A DNA stretch of 64,000 bases from an uncultured virus (IMG/VR IMGVR_UViG_3300022602_000089) (Duplodnaviria; Heunggongvirae; Uroviricota; Caudoviricetes): the IMG/VR virus record IMGVR_UViG_3300022602_000089, one strand, 5' to 3'. Shown here piece after piece: positions 29,607 through 39,193 of the stretch (its first letter is position 1; each line of letters opens with the position of its first letter). The translations under genes were made by a program, and so were the position numbers. The notes under the pieces are model-generated. The model was given only the letters and a program-made list of their open reading frames with translations. It ran no database searches and was not told where the DNA came from.

Positions 29607-32258
29607 ATGAGTTTTTTATTCGGTGGCAGCGGCGGTTCACAACAAGCAGCACCACAACAAACAACAAGTAATGTATATCAGACGAATATACCTGACTACG
29701 CGCAACCGTATGTACAGAACATGCTTAATGCGACTCAGGCGCAATTATTTACGACTGATCCTACAACAGGTCAATATACTTTTAATCAGTACCAGCCTTA
29801 TTCTGGTATGGACCAAACTGCTTATAATAATGCTTCTCAAGCGGTAGCTGGGTTTAGTCCAGAGCAACAACAAGCATTTAGTTCCGCTGCTAATATGCAG
29901 ACTCCAGGTCAGTATGGACAAGCGTCAAGAATGACTAACCAAGGCATTATGGGGTCTAACGCTTTAGCTGGGCAAAACTATCAATTAGGACAACAAGCCA
30001 ATCCACAAAACTTCCAGCAACAAGTTGGCGGTTACATGAGTCCTTATATTCAACAAGCACTTGCTCCAGGGCTACAACAACTAGCGCAACAAACTGGTAT
30101 TAATTCTGCTGGTGAACAAGCTGCTGCTACATCAAAAGGTGCGTTTGGGGGATCTCGTGAAGCATTAGCTAATTCGTTGAATCAACAGCAAGGTAATATG
30201 GCTGCGTCTAATATGATCGGCCAAGGATACCAAAACGCGTTTAATGCAGCGCAAAATCAATACAATCAAAATGGTGCGTTTCAATTACAAGCTAATCAAG
30301 CTGCGCTCGGTGCATTGGGTCAGGGTATGCAAGGCGCTAATCAGTTAGCTGGTATTGGCGGGCAACAACTTGGGGCGCAACAAAGTATTGCCAATATGCA
30401 GAATCAGTTCGGTGGACAGCAACAAGCTAACGCTCAACAGATTATTAATCAAGGTATTCAGAACTATGCTACTGCGCAACAGTATCCGCTTATGCAGTTG
30501 GGTACTATGTCTAACATGTTGCGTGGCCTACCAATGCAGTCTGCTACTACTCAACAATATCAAGCTGCGCCTAGTGCGTTAACCCAAACTATTGGTGCTG
30601 CGGGCGCTATAAGTCAGTTAGGTCATGCTAAAGGCGGTTTAACAAAAGGTATTAAAGGTTATTTGGGTGGAGGCATTATTGATTCTACTGAAGCCGATTT
30701 AAATGATATGCCTAGCGATGCGTTAAATAAAGAACTAGCTTCAACTCAAAGCCCAACAATTAAAAATCAAATTAAACAGATTCTTCAAGCGCGCGCCGGC
30801 GCTCAATACGCTGGTGGTGGGATTATTGCATTTAGTGATTCTACAGATGCTAACAATCAAAGTTTAGTTAAAGAAAACCCAGATGCAGTTCGCCAAGCTT
30901 ATATCGATGCAGCTAATATGCAACAACCACAAATACCACAAATACCTACTGCCGCACCAGCTATTGCAGCTGACGCAGCTATGAGTAATAATCCGCCTTC
31001 TAATACAGCATCAAGCGGTATTAAATTTCCTTCTGGTTCTCTAATAGGGGGCATTCAAAATTATATAGCCCAAAATCCTAATGCAGATATTATAAAAGCT
31101 AATGTTAATTATATTCCGCCAGAATTAAGAGCTCCTGATTATAGACCAAATTTAAGCTCTAAAACTCAAGATATGATTGATAAAGCTAACAGCGAATATG
31201 CGCAGCTTCATCCTTCTACTCCACAAGCCGGTCCACAACCTGGTCCACAACCTGGTCCACAAGCTGCTCCACAAGCTGCTCCACCACAACCTGGCCCACA
31301 AGCTGCTCCACCACAAGGCGGTATTAAACAACCTGCGGCAGCGCCAAGACCAAAAGTTGACCCTCATGTAGCTGTTGCTAAAGCTGCTGAAATCGAAACT
31401 ATTAAAAATGGTAGTGACCCTACTGTTCCTGGATTTTTAAGACAGATTACGGAAAAAGAAAAAGATGCGATGTTTGATGAACACCACCAAAAATTATTAT
31501 CTCTTTTAGGTCCTAATGATACTCAAGCACAACTTGATAAACTAGATAAACGTCAAGAACGTAGTATGAAAGGGCTTGACGATAACCAAAAATTAATATA
31601 TATGGGTATGTTTGCAAAAATGGCTACAACTCCTGGGTCATTTATAACAGCTGCTATGACAGGTATACAAAGCGGTATCCCACAATTGATGGCTAATAAT
31701 GATAAACGTAACCAAATTCTAGATAATATCGAAGACGCTAAATCTTCTATAGCTAAAGCTGATCGTGCTGAAAGGCTCGGTTTAATCGATACATCATATA
31801 AACACATAGATAATGCTGTTAAAAGTATTATGGACGGACAAAAAATATACGCTGATTATGCTGGACATGAAATGACATATAAGGCTGCCATGTATGGGCA
31901 TGATGTTCAAAAACAAGTTGGGTTAGCTAATGCCACAGCTCATACTAAGTCTAATGAAATTAATGAACAACTCCGTAGAGATAATAATATAAATACTGCG
32001 GCTACTGCATTAGAAGGAAGATTAGCAGCGTTGCCTAAATCATATCCAACTCTTTATGAAACTGCTAATATGCCATTACCACCTAATGCGGATAAAAGTA
32101 TGAAAAAAATGGTAGCTGTTGCTAAAGAACAAGTTGCTAATCTTGAAGCACCTATTAGAAATAAAAAAGCAATTTTTGATGAACAGATTATTAATAGAGC
32201 GAACCCTAACTCTGCAACTAAAAATACAAATGATCCATTTAATCTAAGAAAGCCGTAA
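29607..32258 (+). CDS. Internal virion/ejection protein
   Basis: GGSGG N-terminus, Q/G/A-rich, YMSPY, GAFGGSR, xxxGG motifs. Confidence 0.7.
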   Translation: MSFLFGGSGGSQQAAPQQTTSNVYQTNIPDYAQPYVQNMLNATQAQLFTTDPTTGQYTFNQYQPYSGMDQTAYNNASQAVAGFSPEQQQAFSSAANMQTPGQYGQASRMTNQGIMGSNALAGQNYQLGQQANPQNFQQQVGGYMSPYIQQALAPGLQQLAQQTGINSAGEQAAATSKGAFGGSREALANSLNQQQGNMAASNMIGQGYQNAFNAAQNQYNQNGAFQLQANQAALGALGQGMQGANQLAGIGGQQLGAQQSIANMQNQFGGQQQANAQQIINQGIQNYATAQQYPLMQLGTMSNMLRGLPMQSATTQQYQAAPSALTQTIGAAGAISQLGHAKGGLTKGIKGYLGGGIIDSTEADLNDMPSDALNKELASTQSPTIKNQIKQILQARAGAQYAGGGIIAFSDSTDANNQSLVKENPDAVRQAYIDAANMQQPQIPQIPTAAPAIAADAAMSNNPPSNTASSGIKFPSGSLIGGIQNYIAQNPNADIIKANVNYIPPELRAPDYRPNLSSKTQDMIDKANSEYAQLHPSTPQAGPQPGPQPGPQAAPQAAPPQPGPQAAPPQGGIKQPAAAPRPKVDPHVAVAKAAEIETIKNGSDPTVPGFLRQITEKEKDAMFDEHHQKLLSLLGPNDTQAQLDKLDKRQERSMKGLDDNQKLIYMGMFAKMATTPGSFITAAMTGIQSGIPQLMANNDKRNQILDNIEDAKSSIAKADRAERLGLIDTSYKHIDNAVKSIMDGQKIYADYAGHEMTYKAAMYGHDVQKQVGLANATAHTKSNEINEQLRRDNNINTAATALEGRLAALPKSYPTLYETANMPLPPNADKSMKKMVAVAKEQVANLEAPIRNKKAIFDEQIINRANPNSATKNTNDPFNLRKP
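31221..31316 (+). repeat. Degenerate 12-bp tandem repeats (PQPG/PQAA linker)
   Basis: CCACAACCTGGT and CCACAAGCTGCT units. Confidence 0.85.
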
Positions 32259-32261
32259 GTA

Positions 32262-35200
32262 ATGAACTTACAAGAATTTAGGCAGCAGTACCCCCAATAT
32301 GATGATATGTCAGATAATGACTTAGCTAAAGGGCTGCATGAAAAATATTATTCTGATATGCCTTTTGAAGATTTTAGTAAGCAGATTGGACATACTTCAC
32401 AACCAATAAAACCTGCGCCTACTGGCCCAGAAGTTTTGCCTGAAGATGATAAGTCTAGTGATTTTATGCGGGGACTCTCAAACACACTGCCTGGCATTAG
32501 TAGCACTGGCAACGCCGCAAAAGTACTAGCGGGTAAAGCTGTTGGTAGTAAAGAAATGATGGAAAGCGGCGTTCAAGGCATGAATGAAGCCGAGGCGCAA
32601 CAAAGAGTTAAAGCATCTGACGACCTTACTGAAGCATGGAAAAAAGGTATTGGTACTGTATTAACAGACTGGCTTCCGTATCAAATGGGTTCTGGTCTTG
32701 GTAATCTTGCTGAAACCGCAGCTTTTGCTGGTGTTGGGGCTCTTGCTGGTGCGGCTACTGGAATGGGGGTTGGCGCACTACCTGGCGCTATTGAAGGTGC
32801 AATAAGTAAAACGCTTATTAGAAAAGGTATTCAAGCTGAAGCTGAAAAATTAATTAAAGACGGCGCTAAAGATAAAGCTGAAAAATTAATTCAAACTGAA
32901 GCTAAATCAGTACTTAAAAGTATGGGCGTTAATGCTGGCATGGCTGGTCAAGCTGTTATGCACGGCGCTGGTGAAACTACAAATAGAGCTTTAGGCGAGT
33001 TACAACAACAAGGTAAAACTGCGGAAGATTTAGATTTAGGCAGAGTATTACCCGCCGCGGCAATACACTCGATTGCTGACTTTGCTGCTGAAAAGTTTAT
33101 GGCTCAAGGAGCTAAAGGCCTTAACTTAAAAGGGCTAGATGCAGAATCTACTGGCAAATTATTTTATGACGTTACTAAAGCTATCGGTACAACTAGCTTA
33201 AAAGAAATACTACCAGAAGAAATTCAAACTATGGCTGAGCGCTATGGCGCTAAGTTATCTTTATACGATGCCGATGCTATCAAAGATTATATTAATACGG
33301 CAGGTGCTTCTATAGGTATGTCTTTAATACCTGGCTCTATGGGCGGTGTTAAAACTTATTTAACTGGTTCACATGAAACATCACCTGGGAATGAAACTAA
33401 AGGTAAGGACTCATTTACTGGGATCGATAAAAATATAGAAACAAAAGTAGATACATTAACGCCTGAAGAAGCCGCAATGTTAAATCCTGCTACTGATGAT
33501 AAAGGTGCCCCATTAGCTGAGTCCGCTACGCTTGTTCAAAATATTGCTAAAGTTGAAGATAAAGATACTATACCGGATTCAGTAACACAAGTAACCCCGC
33601 AAGATACCATAGAAGCAGCTAATTATTTAGCACAAATAGATTCTGGTGAAAAGAAACCAAAGTTTCCTACACTACAAAAACATATTAAAGCTTTAGGGCT
33701 TGAAATTCCTGAAGGCGGCCCGAACCGTAATCAAAGAGCAATAGAATTATTAAGAAATCATCTAGCAAAATTAGGAGAACAAAATGTTGCAACTGACGCT
33801 GGAACAAGTGGAATTAGCACTACAGTATCTAGTGGAGTGGAGACAAACAACACTGCCACCACAGTTGCAGGAGCTGAGACAACAGGATTGGGAGCAAATA
33901 ATAATGCTCAAAACCAGCCTGGAGCAGGAGAGGGACAGCAGCTCAATCCATTAACGAGAGCTATTCAAACTGCGCCTACACCAGAACAAATAGCGCAACA
34001 ACAAGCTGCTATACAACAAACCAACCAACAACAAACTACTCAATTACAAACGGCGTTTGAAAAAGATCAACAAGAAAAAGCTGCTATAGAAGCACAACGT
34101 CAAGCTGACTTACAAGAAGTAGCTGGTAAAACTATCCCTCAAACTAAAACTGATGCTGAGTTAAGAGATGAATATGAATTATCACGTCAGGCTTTAACTG
34201 AAAAAGATATACAAGTACCAGCATGGGAAGATTTAACAGCTGACGAAAAAGATAAATATTTAAGTGAATTAAAAACTGGTGAAACTGGACAAGGCATTGA
34301 ACAATATCTTGCAGCGCAAGGTAAATCATTAGCAGACATAAAATCTAAAGAAGAATTAGAAGCAATTAAAAAAGAATATAGGCAACAAGCTCCTACAGTT
34401 ATCCCAGCGGCTAGTGCTTTTGATAACGCAGCTAAAGCATTAGCTGATTATATTGAACAAAAAAGTGATACGGGTGAAAGCGCTGTATCTACTAACCAAC
34501 AGAAAGTTATTAATGGTTATGAAGATAGCCGTAAAGCATACCAACGTGAATTAGGTATAGACTTACCTGCATGGGGTGGCTTATCTTCTGAAGCTAAAAA
34601 TGTTTATATGGGCTCTGTTAAAAATAATACAGTCGTAGAACAAAAAGCTGGATTTACTGCTGTTGCTGAACAATTAGAAAAAGAAGGTAAAGGTATACGC
34701 GGCGTAACTCGTGCCGGCATCGAGCAACTAAAACTTAAAGGTACTGAAAAACAATCTAAAACTGTAGCGCAAACACGCATAGAACAAGAAAGAAAACAAG
34801 AAGCTGAGGCTGTAGGTAAAGGTAAGTTAGTATCTGAACAAGTACGTAGTTCATTAGAAAATAGTGATATTAACGGTGCCTTACTCGGTTTAATTGATAC
34901 TGCTGAAGGGGCTAAAATAACTTTAGAAAGAGGCGAGCTTGATAAAGGTAAAGCAGCTGTTAAAACTTTAATAGAACGTCAGTCTAAACTTACCAAACTC
35001 GTTAATAGATTTTTAGCCAGAGCGCTTAGTGAAATAACATTTAACTCTACAGTAATTACAGATGCTAATAATGAAATTATTCAACGCTTAGAACGCGAAG
35101 GAAAGTTAGCTGAATACGATCCTAAGACTGATACATTTTACTTTACTAAAAATGGGTTTGATGAGTCTACTGTATTGCATGAAATTACCCACGCTGGAAC

Positions 35201-38200
35201 TGTTAAGTTAATTAATAAATTTTTAACTGACCCTACTTCTTTAACAGATACGCAACGTGAAGCGATGGAGCATTTACAGAAGATTTTTAATTTTGCTAAA
35301 AGTAAGTTAAACGGTAAATACCCAAACGCATTTGAAAATCTTTATGAATTTGTAACGTATGCTTTAACTGATAGTAAATTCCAAAATGAGTTAGCTAATA
35401 CCCAAGTACGCCCTTTGGCTAAATACACTATAGGCATAGTTAAAAATTTATGGGATAACATAACTAGCGCGTTTGCAAAACTATATAACTTAGCTACAGC
35501 CAGCGCAACTAAAATTCAAGTAAGACCAGAATTGTTTGACGCGATGTCTAAAAGTTTATCTCCTATGGACAAAGAGAGTCTTTATGAAGAGACGGGCGAA
35601 GAAGGTGTTACTACGACTGATGTAGGCGATATGAAATTTGGTAATGAAACGCCTATTAAAGAGACTAAACAAAAATACAAACCGGGTAAAGTATTTTTAG
35701 GTTTACAGCCAGGCTACGAAGGTAATCTTTTATTAGAAGTATCTGAAATATTAGGGGAGATTCTTGAATCGCCTGAAGCTGGTATTGAAGTTGCCCCATT
35801 AGCTGCCGCTGCAAAAGGCGCTGCCGGTAAACCAAAAGTTACTAAACTTCATGGTAAAGAAGGCGATTTATTTGTTAATGATGAAAAAAATGACCCCTAC
35901 GCTTTATCGTCAAAAGAAAAACCTAAAAAAATTACGAGCATTACTAAATACTTTACTACAGCGCCAGGAAGAAGAAGGTTAGTAAATTTATTTCAAAATA
36001 TTAGTGTTGAAGCTAAAGCTGTCCAAAATGCAATGGAGCTTGCTGAACTTTCTAATTGGGAAGACCAAGATAAAATTAATACCCCTTGGACTTTTATAAC
36101 GCTTAGCAATACTATAGCTAAAAATTTATTTAGTAGGTTTGTTGCAACCCCTCGTGAGCGCTTAGAAAAAAATATTGCTGGGTTGGCTAAAGAAATGGGA
36201 ACTGATACAGATGGGGCGCTAAAAACAATCCATAGATTAATAGAAGCCTTGCATGAGGGAGAGCGCCGTGCCGTTAAATATATTTTAACTGTGCCACTTG
36301 ACGAGAATAAAATTTTAAATAATGGGACATTAAGCCCAGCTACAAGACGTACACAAATTATTAAATTGCTAGATACTAAACGCTTAACTAAAGACCAAGC
36401 TAAAGCTTTACGTAATGAATTAAATACTATGGCTTCACGCTATGCTTCTTCAATTAGCAATACTCTATCTAAAAAACAACAAGGCAATAACGACTTACTA
36501 GACATTAACCATGAACGGTATAACGTACTTGGTGTAGATAGAAAAATTATAGACGGGCGTTTAAAAGCATATAAAGAAAATACAAAGCTTAAACCAATAT
36601 TAGATACTATTCTTGCTAACTTAAAAGAACTTAATGATGTAACTACAATGCTTAATAAAGAAGCTAATTACTGGTCTGCTTATGTAGATAACAGAGTTAA
36701 TTTTTATGGGTACGAGCATTATGCGCCATTTAGAGGTAAAGCTGAATTTAATAAATCCACTAATGTAGATGAAGATTTAGATTTTGATAGTCCACGTCTA
36801 GGTAAAGAAATGCAAGACGTAGCGTATGGGTTCGACGGTCGTTTTACTGTTTCTGATAATCCAGTCCTACAAACTATGTCGGATGCTATCCGTGCCGCTA
36901 CTCGTGCTGGGCGTAAAGGGCTAACGCTTTCAATTAGAAACTTATTAGCCAAAGACGCAAAAAATCCAAATGGGCAGAATGTTATTGCCGGAAATGTAAT
37001 AGATCACATACCGTTTAATGAGCGTGATACTGACAGGTTAAATAAAATTCCTAAACTAAAAACGCTTTTGCATTATAACGAAGATGGTAGCATTGACGTT
37101 TTGCAAATCGATGATGAAAAAATGCTAGATAGTTTACGCCGTACTTATCAACAGACTAGTACGCTAACTGAATATGCTAATAATATAACTAGCTTTTTTG
37201 GGCAGTTGCATACTCGCTATAACTATAATTTTGCGCCGTTGAACTATGTACGGGATACATTAACTAACGCTTGGGCTATTGGTGCTGACTTAGGCCCAGT
37301 TAAATCTGCACAACTTATTGGACAGATTAGTGCGCAAGTTGCTAAAGGTGGGTTACAAAAAGCTGGTAAGGTAGCTTACCTAATGGAGACTCGTCAATTT
37401 GATAAGTTAGAAGCCTTTGTTAAAAACGATGCTTATGCTACAAACGTGATGGAATACATACGTCGGGGTGGCCCAACATCATACTTACAAGGCATTAGTT
37501 TAAAAGCAAACTGGGATAACCTAGATAAAGAATTAGGTAAGTCAAGAATTATTAAAGGTAAAGAACAGCTAGATAAGTTTATGGACATATACAACAATAT
37601 GTTTGAATTATCTAGCCGTGCCGCAGCATACGGGCTAATGAAAAGTAATTATAAAACACAGGGCGCATCTGAAAATGTAGCTCAAATACGTGCCGCAGCT
37701 TACGCTAAAAACTTAGCTAACTTTGAACAAGTCGGTGAGTTAGGTAAAGCTATGGGAGCATTTTATATGTTCTTCCGTCCATCTGCTACGGGTGCTGTTC
37801 GTGCTATTGAAGCAGTTGCTCCAGCATTTAGAAGCGTAGATAAAGCATTAAAAGATGCAATAGGTGTTGTACCAGGCCTTGCAGATAATGCAGAAGCCCA
37901 AGAAAAATTCCGTAGTAACTACGCAGCTAAAAGAAAAAATGCGCAGCAAATGGTTGGGGTTTTACTCGGCATGGGTATGGCTATATACGGCATGGCGGCG
38001 CTTGGTGCTGATGACGATGATATGGGTCGCAACGATGTGCTCAATGATAATATGGACCAGTGGACTCGTTTTGCTAGGTTTCATTTACCACGTTGGTTAA
38101 GTGAGGATAGAACGCCTATACAGATTCCTTGGGGTTTTGGGCTTGGTGCTTTTGCTGCGGCTGGCGCTCAATTCGCTTCAGTTGTTTCTGGGTCCCAGTC

Positions 38201-38987
38201 ACTAAAAGGTGCATTGTCTAATATATTCTTAGGTATCTCTTTAGACTCGTTTGTCCCAATCCCAGTATCACACATGAATGCGGTAGATGATCCATTAGCA
38301 TTTGCTGTTGATTCTATAATGCCAAGCACAGTACGTCCTTTGGTTGAGTTTGTTATGAACAAAAACGGTCTTGGACAAAGTATTTATAATGACTCAAACC
38401 GTAAAATGGGCGACGCTTATATTGGCGGCGATAAAGTCCCGCAAGTATGGAAAGATTTAGCAGTCTATATGGCAAACGAATCTATGGGCGGGTTTGATAT
38501 AAGCCCTAACACTATGTATTTTTTTGCTAATAGTTATGCTGACGGTATTACCCGTGTTGGGGAACTGGCTTACGGTCTATCTAATTTGGTTGATGGCAAA
38601 AAAGAATTTAGTGCTAAAAATGATGTGCCTTTATTTGGTTCGTTCTTTGGTTCTAAGTCTAGTGTAGATAGCCGTCAATTTTCTAAAATGGAAACTGATA
38701 TAAAAGAAACGCAACGCATTATCAATGAGTTTAAAACTAACCCATATCAGATGGCACGTTTTAGAGCTGAAAGACCAATGGATGAATTAATAGTTGACTA
38801 CTACAATAAAGCTGTTAACCATGACTTAAAAAATTTAAGAGCACAAGCAAATAAATACAGGGAGAATACTAATTACGATCCCGCTATGAAAAGCCAGCTA
38901 TTAAAAATTAACCAATATCAACAGAATTTAGTTAAGTATCAGATGATGAATATGTTTGAAGCTTATGGCATGAAACGCCCACGCTAA
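32262..38987 (+). CDS. Giant polyvalent virion protein with zincin-like metallopeptidase motif and LPD38-like C-terminus
   Basis: 2241 aa; FRQQYPQYDDMSD N-terminus; VLHEITH (35178-35192) with downstream EF; YMFF, IPWGFG and NKNGLGQSI in the C-terminal region. Confidence 0.75.
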   Translation: MNLQEFRQQYPQYDDMSDNDLAKGLHEKYYSDMPFEDFSKQIGHTSQPIKPAPTGPEVLPEDDKSSDFMRGLSNTLPGISSTGNAAKVLAGKAVGSKEMMESGVQGMNEAEAQQRVKASDDLTEAWKKGIGTVLTDWLPYQMGSGLGNLAETAAFAGVGALAGAATGMGVGALPGAIEGAISKTLIRKGIQAEAEKLIKDGAKDKAEKLIQTEAKSVLKSMGVNAGMAGQAVMHGAGETTNRALGELQQQGKTAEDLDLGRVLPAAAIHSIADFAAEKFMAQGAKGLNLKGLDAESTGKLFYDVTKAIGTTSLKEILPEEIQTMAERYGAKLSLYDADAIKDYINTAGASIGMSLIPGSMGGVKTYLTGSHETSPGNETKGKDSFTGIDKNIETKVDTLTPEEAAMLNPATDDKGAPLAESATLVQNIAKVEDKDTIPDSVTQVTPQDTIEAANYLAQIDSGEKKPKFPTLQKHIKALGLEIPEGGPNRNQRAIELLRNHLAKLGEQNVATDAGTSGISTTVSSGVETNNTATTVAGAETTGLGANNNAQNQPGAGEGQQLNPLTRAIQTAPTPEQIAQQQAAIQQTNQQQTTQLQTAFEKDQQEKAAIEAQRQADLQEVAGKTIPQTKTDAELRDEYELSRQALTEKDIQVPAWEDLTADEKDKYLSELKTGETGQGIEQYLAAQGKSLADIKSKEELEAIKKEYRQQAPTVIPAASAFDNAAKALADYIEQKSDTGESAVSTNQQKVINGYEDSRKAYQRELGIDLPAWGGLSSEAKNVYMGSVKNNTVVEQKAGFTAVAEQLEKEGKGIRGVTRAGIEQLKLKGTEKQSKTVAQTRIEQERKQEAEAVGKGKLVSEQVRSSLENSDINGALLGLIDTAEGAKITLERGELDKGKAAVKTLIERQSKLTKLVNRFLARALSEITFNSTVITDANNEIIQRLEREGKLAEYDPKTDTFYFTKNGFDESTVLHEITHAGTVKLINKFLTDPTSLTDTQREAMEHLQKIFNFAKSKLNGKYPNAFENLYEFVTYALTDSKFQNELANTQVRPLAKYTIGIVKNLWDNITSAFAKLYNLATASATKIQVRPELFDAMSKSLSPMDKESLYEETGEEGVTTTDVGDMKFGNETPIKETKQKYKPGKVFLGLQPGYEGNLLLEVSEILGEILESPEAGIEVAPLAAAAKGAAGKPKVTKLHGKEGDLFVNDEKNDPYALSSKEKPKKITSITKYFTTAPGRRRLVNLFQNISVEAKAVQNAMELAELSNWEDQDKINTPWTFITLSNTIAKNLFSRFVATPRERLEKNIAGLAKEMGTDTDGALKTIHRLIEALHEGERRAVKYILTVPLDENKILNNGTLSPATRRTQIIKLLDTKRLTKDQAKALRNELNTMASRYASSISNTLSKKQQGNNDLLDINHERYNVLGVDRKIIDGRLKAYKENTKLKPILDTILANLKELNDVTTMLNKEANYWSAYVDNRVNFYGYEHYAPFRGKAEFNKSTNVDEDLDFDSPRLGKEMQDVAYGFDGRFTVSDNPVLQTMSDAIRAATRAGRKGLTLSIRNLLAKDAKNPNGQNVIAGNVIDHIPFNERDTDRLNKIPKLKTLLHYNEDGSIDVLQIDDEKMLDSLRRTYQQTSTLTEYANNITSFFGQLHTRYNYNFAPLNYVRDTLTNAWAIGADLGPVKSAQLIGQISAQVAKGGLQKAGKVAYLMETRQFDKLEAFVKNDAYATNVMEYIRRGGPTSYLQGISLKANWDNLDKELGKSRIIKGKEQLDKFMDIYNNMFELSSRAAAYGLMKSNYKTQGASENVAQIRAAAYAKNLANFEQVGELGKAMGAFYMFFRPSATGAVRAIEAVAPAFRSVDKALKDAIGVVPGLADNAEAQEKFRSNYAAKRKNAQQMVGVLLGMGMAIYGMAALGADDDDMGRNDVLNDNMDQWTRFARFHLPRWLSEDRTPIQIPWGFGLGAFAAAGAQFASVVSGSQSLKGALSNIFLGISLDSFVPIPVSHMNAVDDPLAFAVDSIMPSTVRPLVEFVMNKNGLGQSIYNDSNRKMGDAYIGGDKVPQVWKDLAVYMANESMGGFDISPNTMYFFANSYADGITRVGELAYGLSNLVDGKKEFSAKNDVPLFGSFFGSKSSVDSRQFSKMETDIKETQRIINEFKTNPYQMARFRAERPMDELIVDYYNKAVNHDLKNLRAQANKYRENTNYDPAMKSQLLKINQYQQNLVKYQMMNMFEAYGMKRPR
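33784..33954 (+). CDS. 56-aa overprinted gene in the +1 frame of the giant protein gene
   Basis: SD AGGAG (33773-77) 6 nt before ATG; MLQLTLEQVELALQYLVEWRQTTLPPQLQELRQQDWEQIIMLKTSLEQERDSSSIH. Confidence 0.6.
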   Translation: MLQLTLEQVELALQYLVEWRQTTLPPQLQELRQQDWEQIIMLKTSLEQERDSSSIH

Positions 38988-39193
38988 GCGATGCGCCAAC
39001 AACGCACTCCTAAGTATTCTTCTTTGCGTGTAACAAATGTTTTTACCCTTATGCCAGCACGTTTTGCGCCGCAATCAATAGAGTAAATTAATTCTGCTGG
39101 TCTAAGGGTAGGGATAAAAAAACTATCCCCAATCCCCATGCCTTCAAATGGCAATAGCCATTCTGGTTCAATTATCTGATTCGGTTGTAACAT
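38984..39193 (-). CDS. Small hypothetical protein
   Basis: PFEGM.IGDSFFIP...GVRCWR motif; converges on the giant gene. Confidence 0.65.
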   Translation of the reverse strand: MLQPNQIIEPEWLLPFEGMGIGDSFFIPTLRPAELIYSIDCGAKRAGIRVKTFVTRKEEYLGVRCWRIA

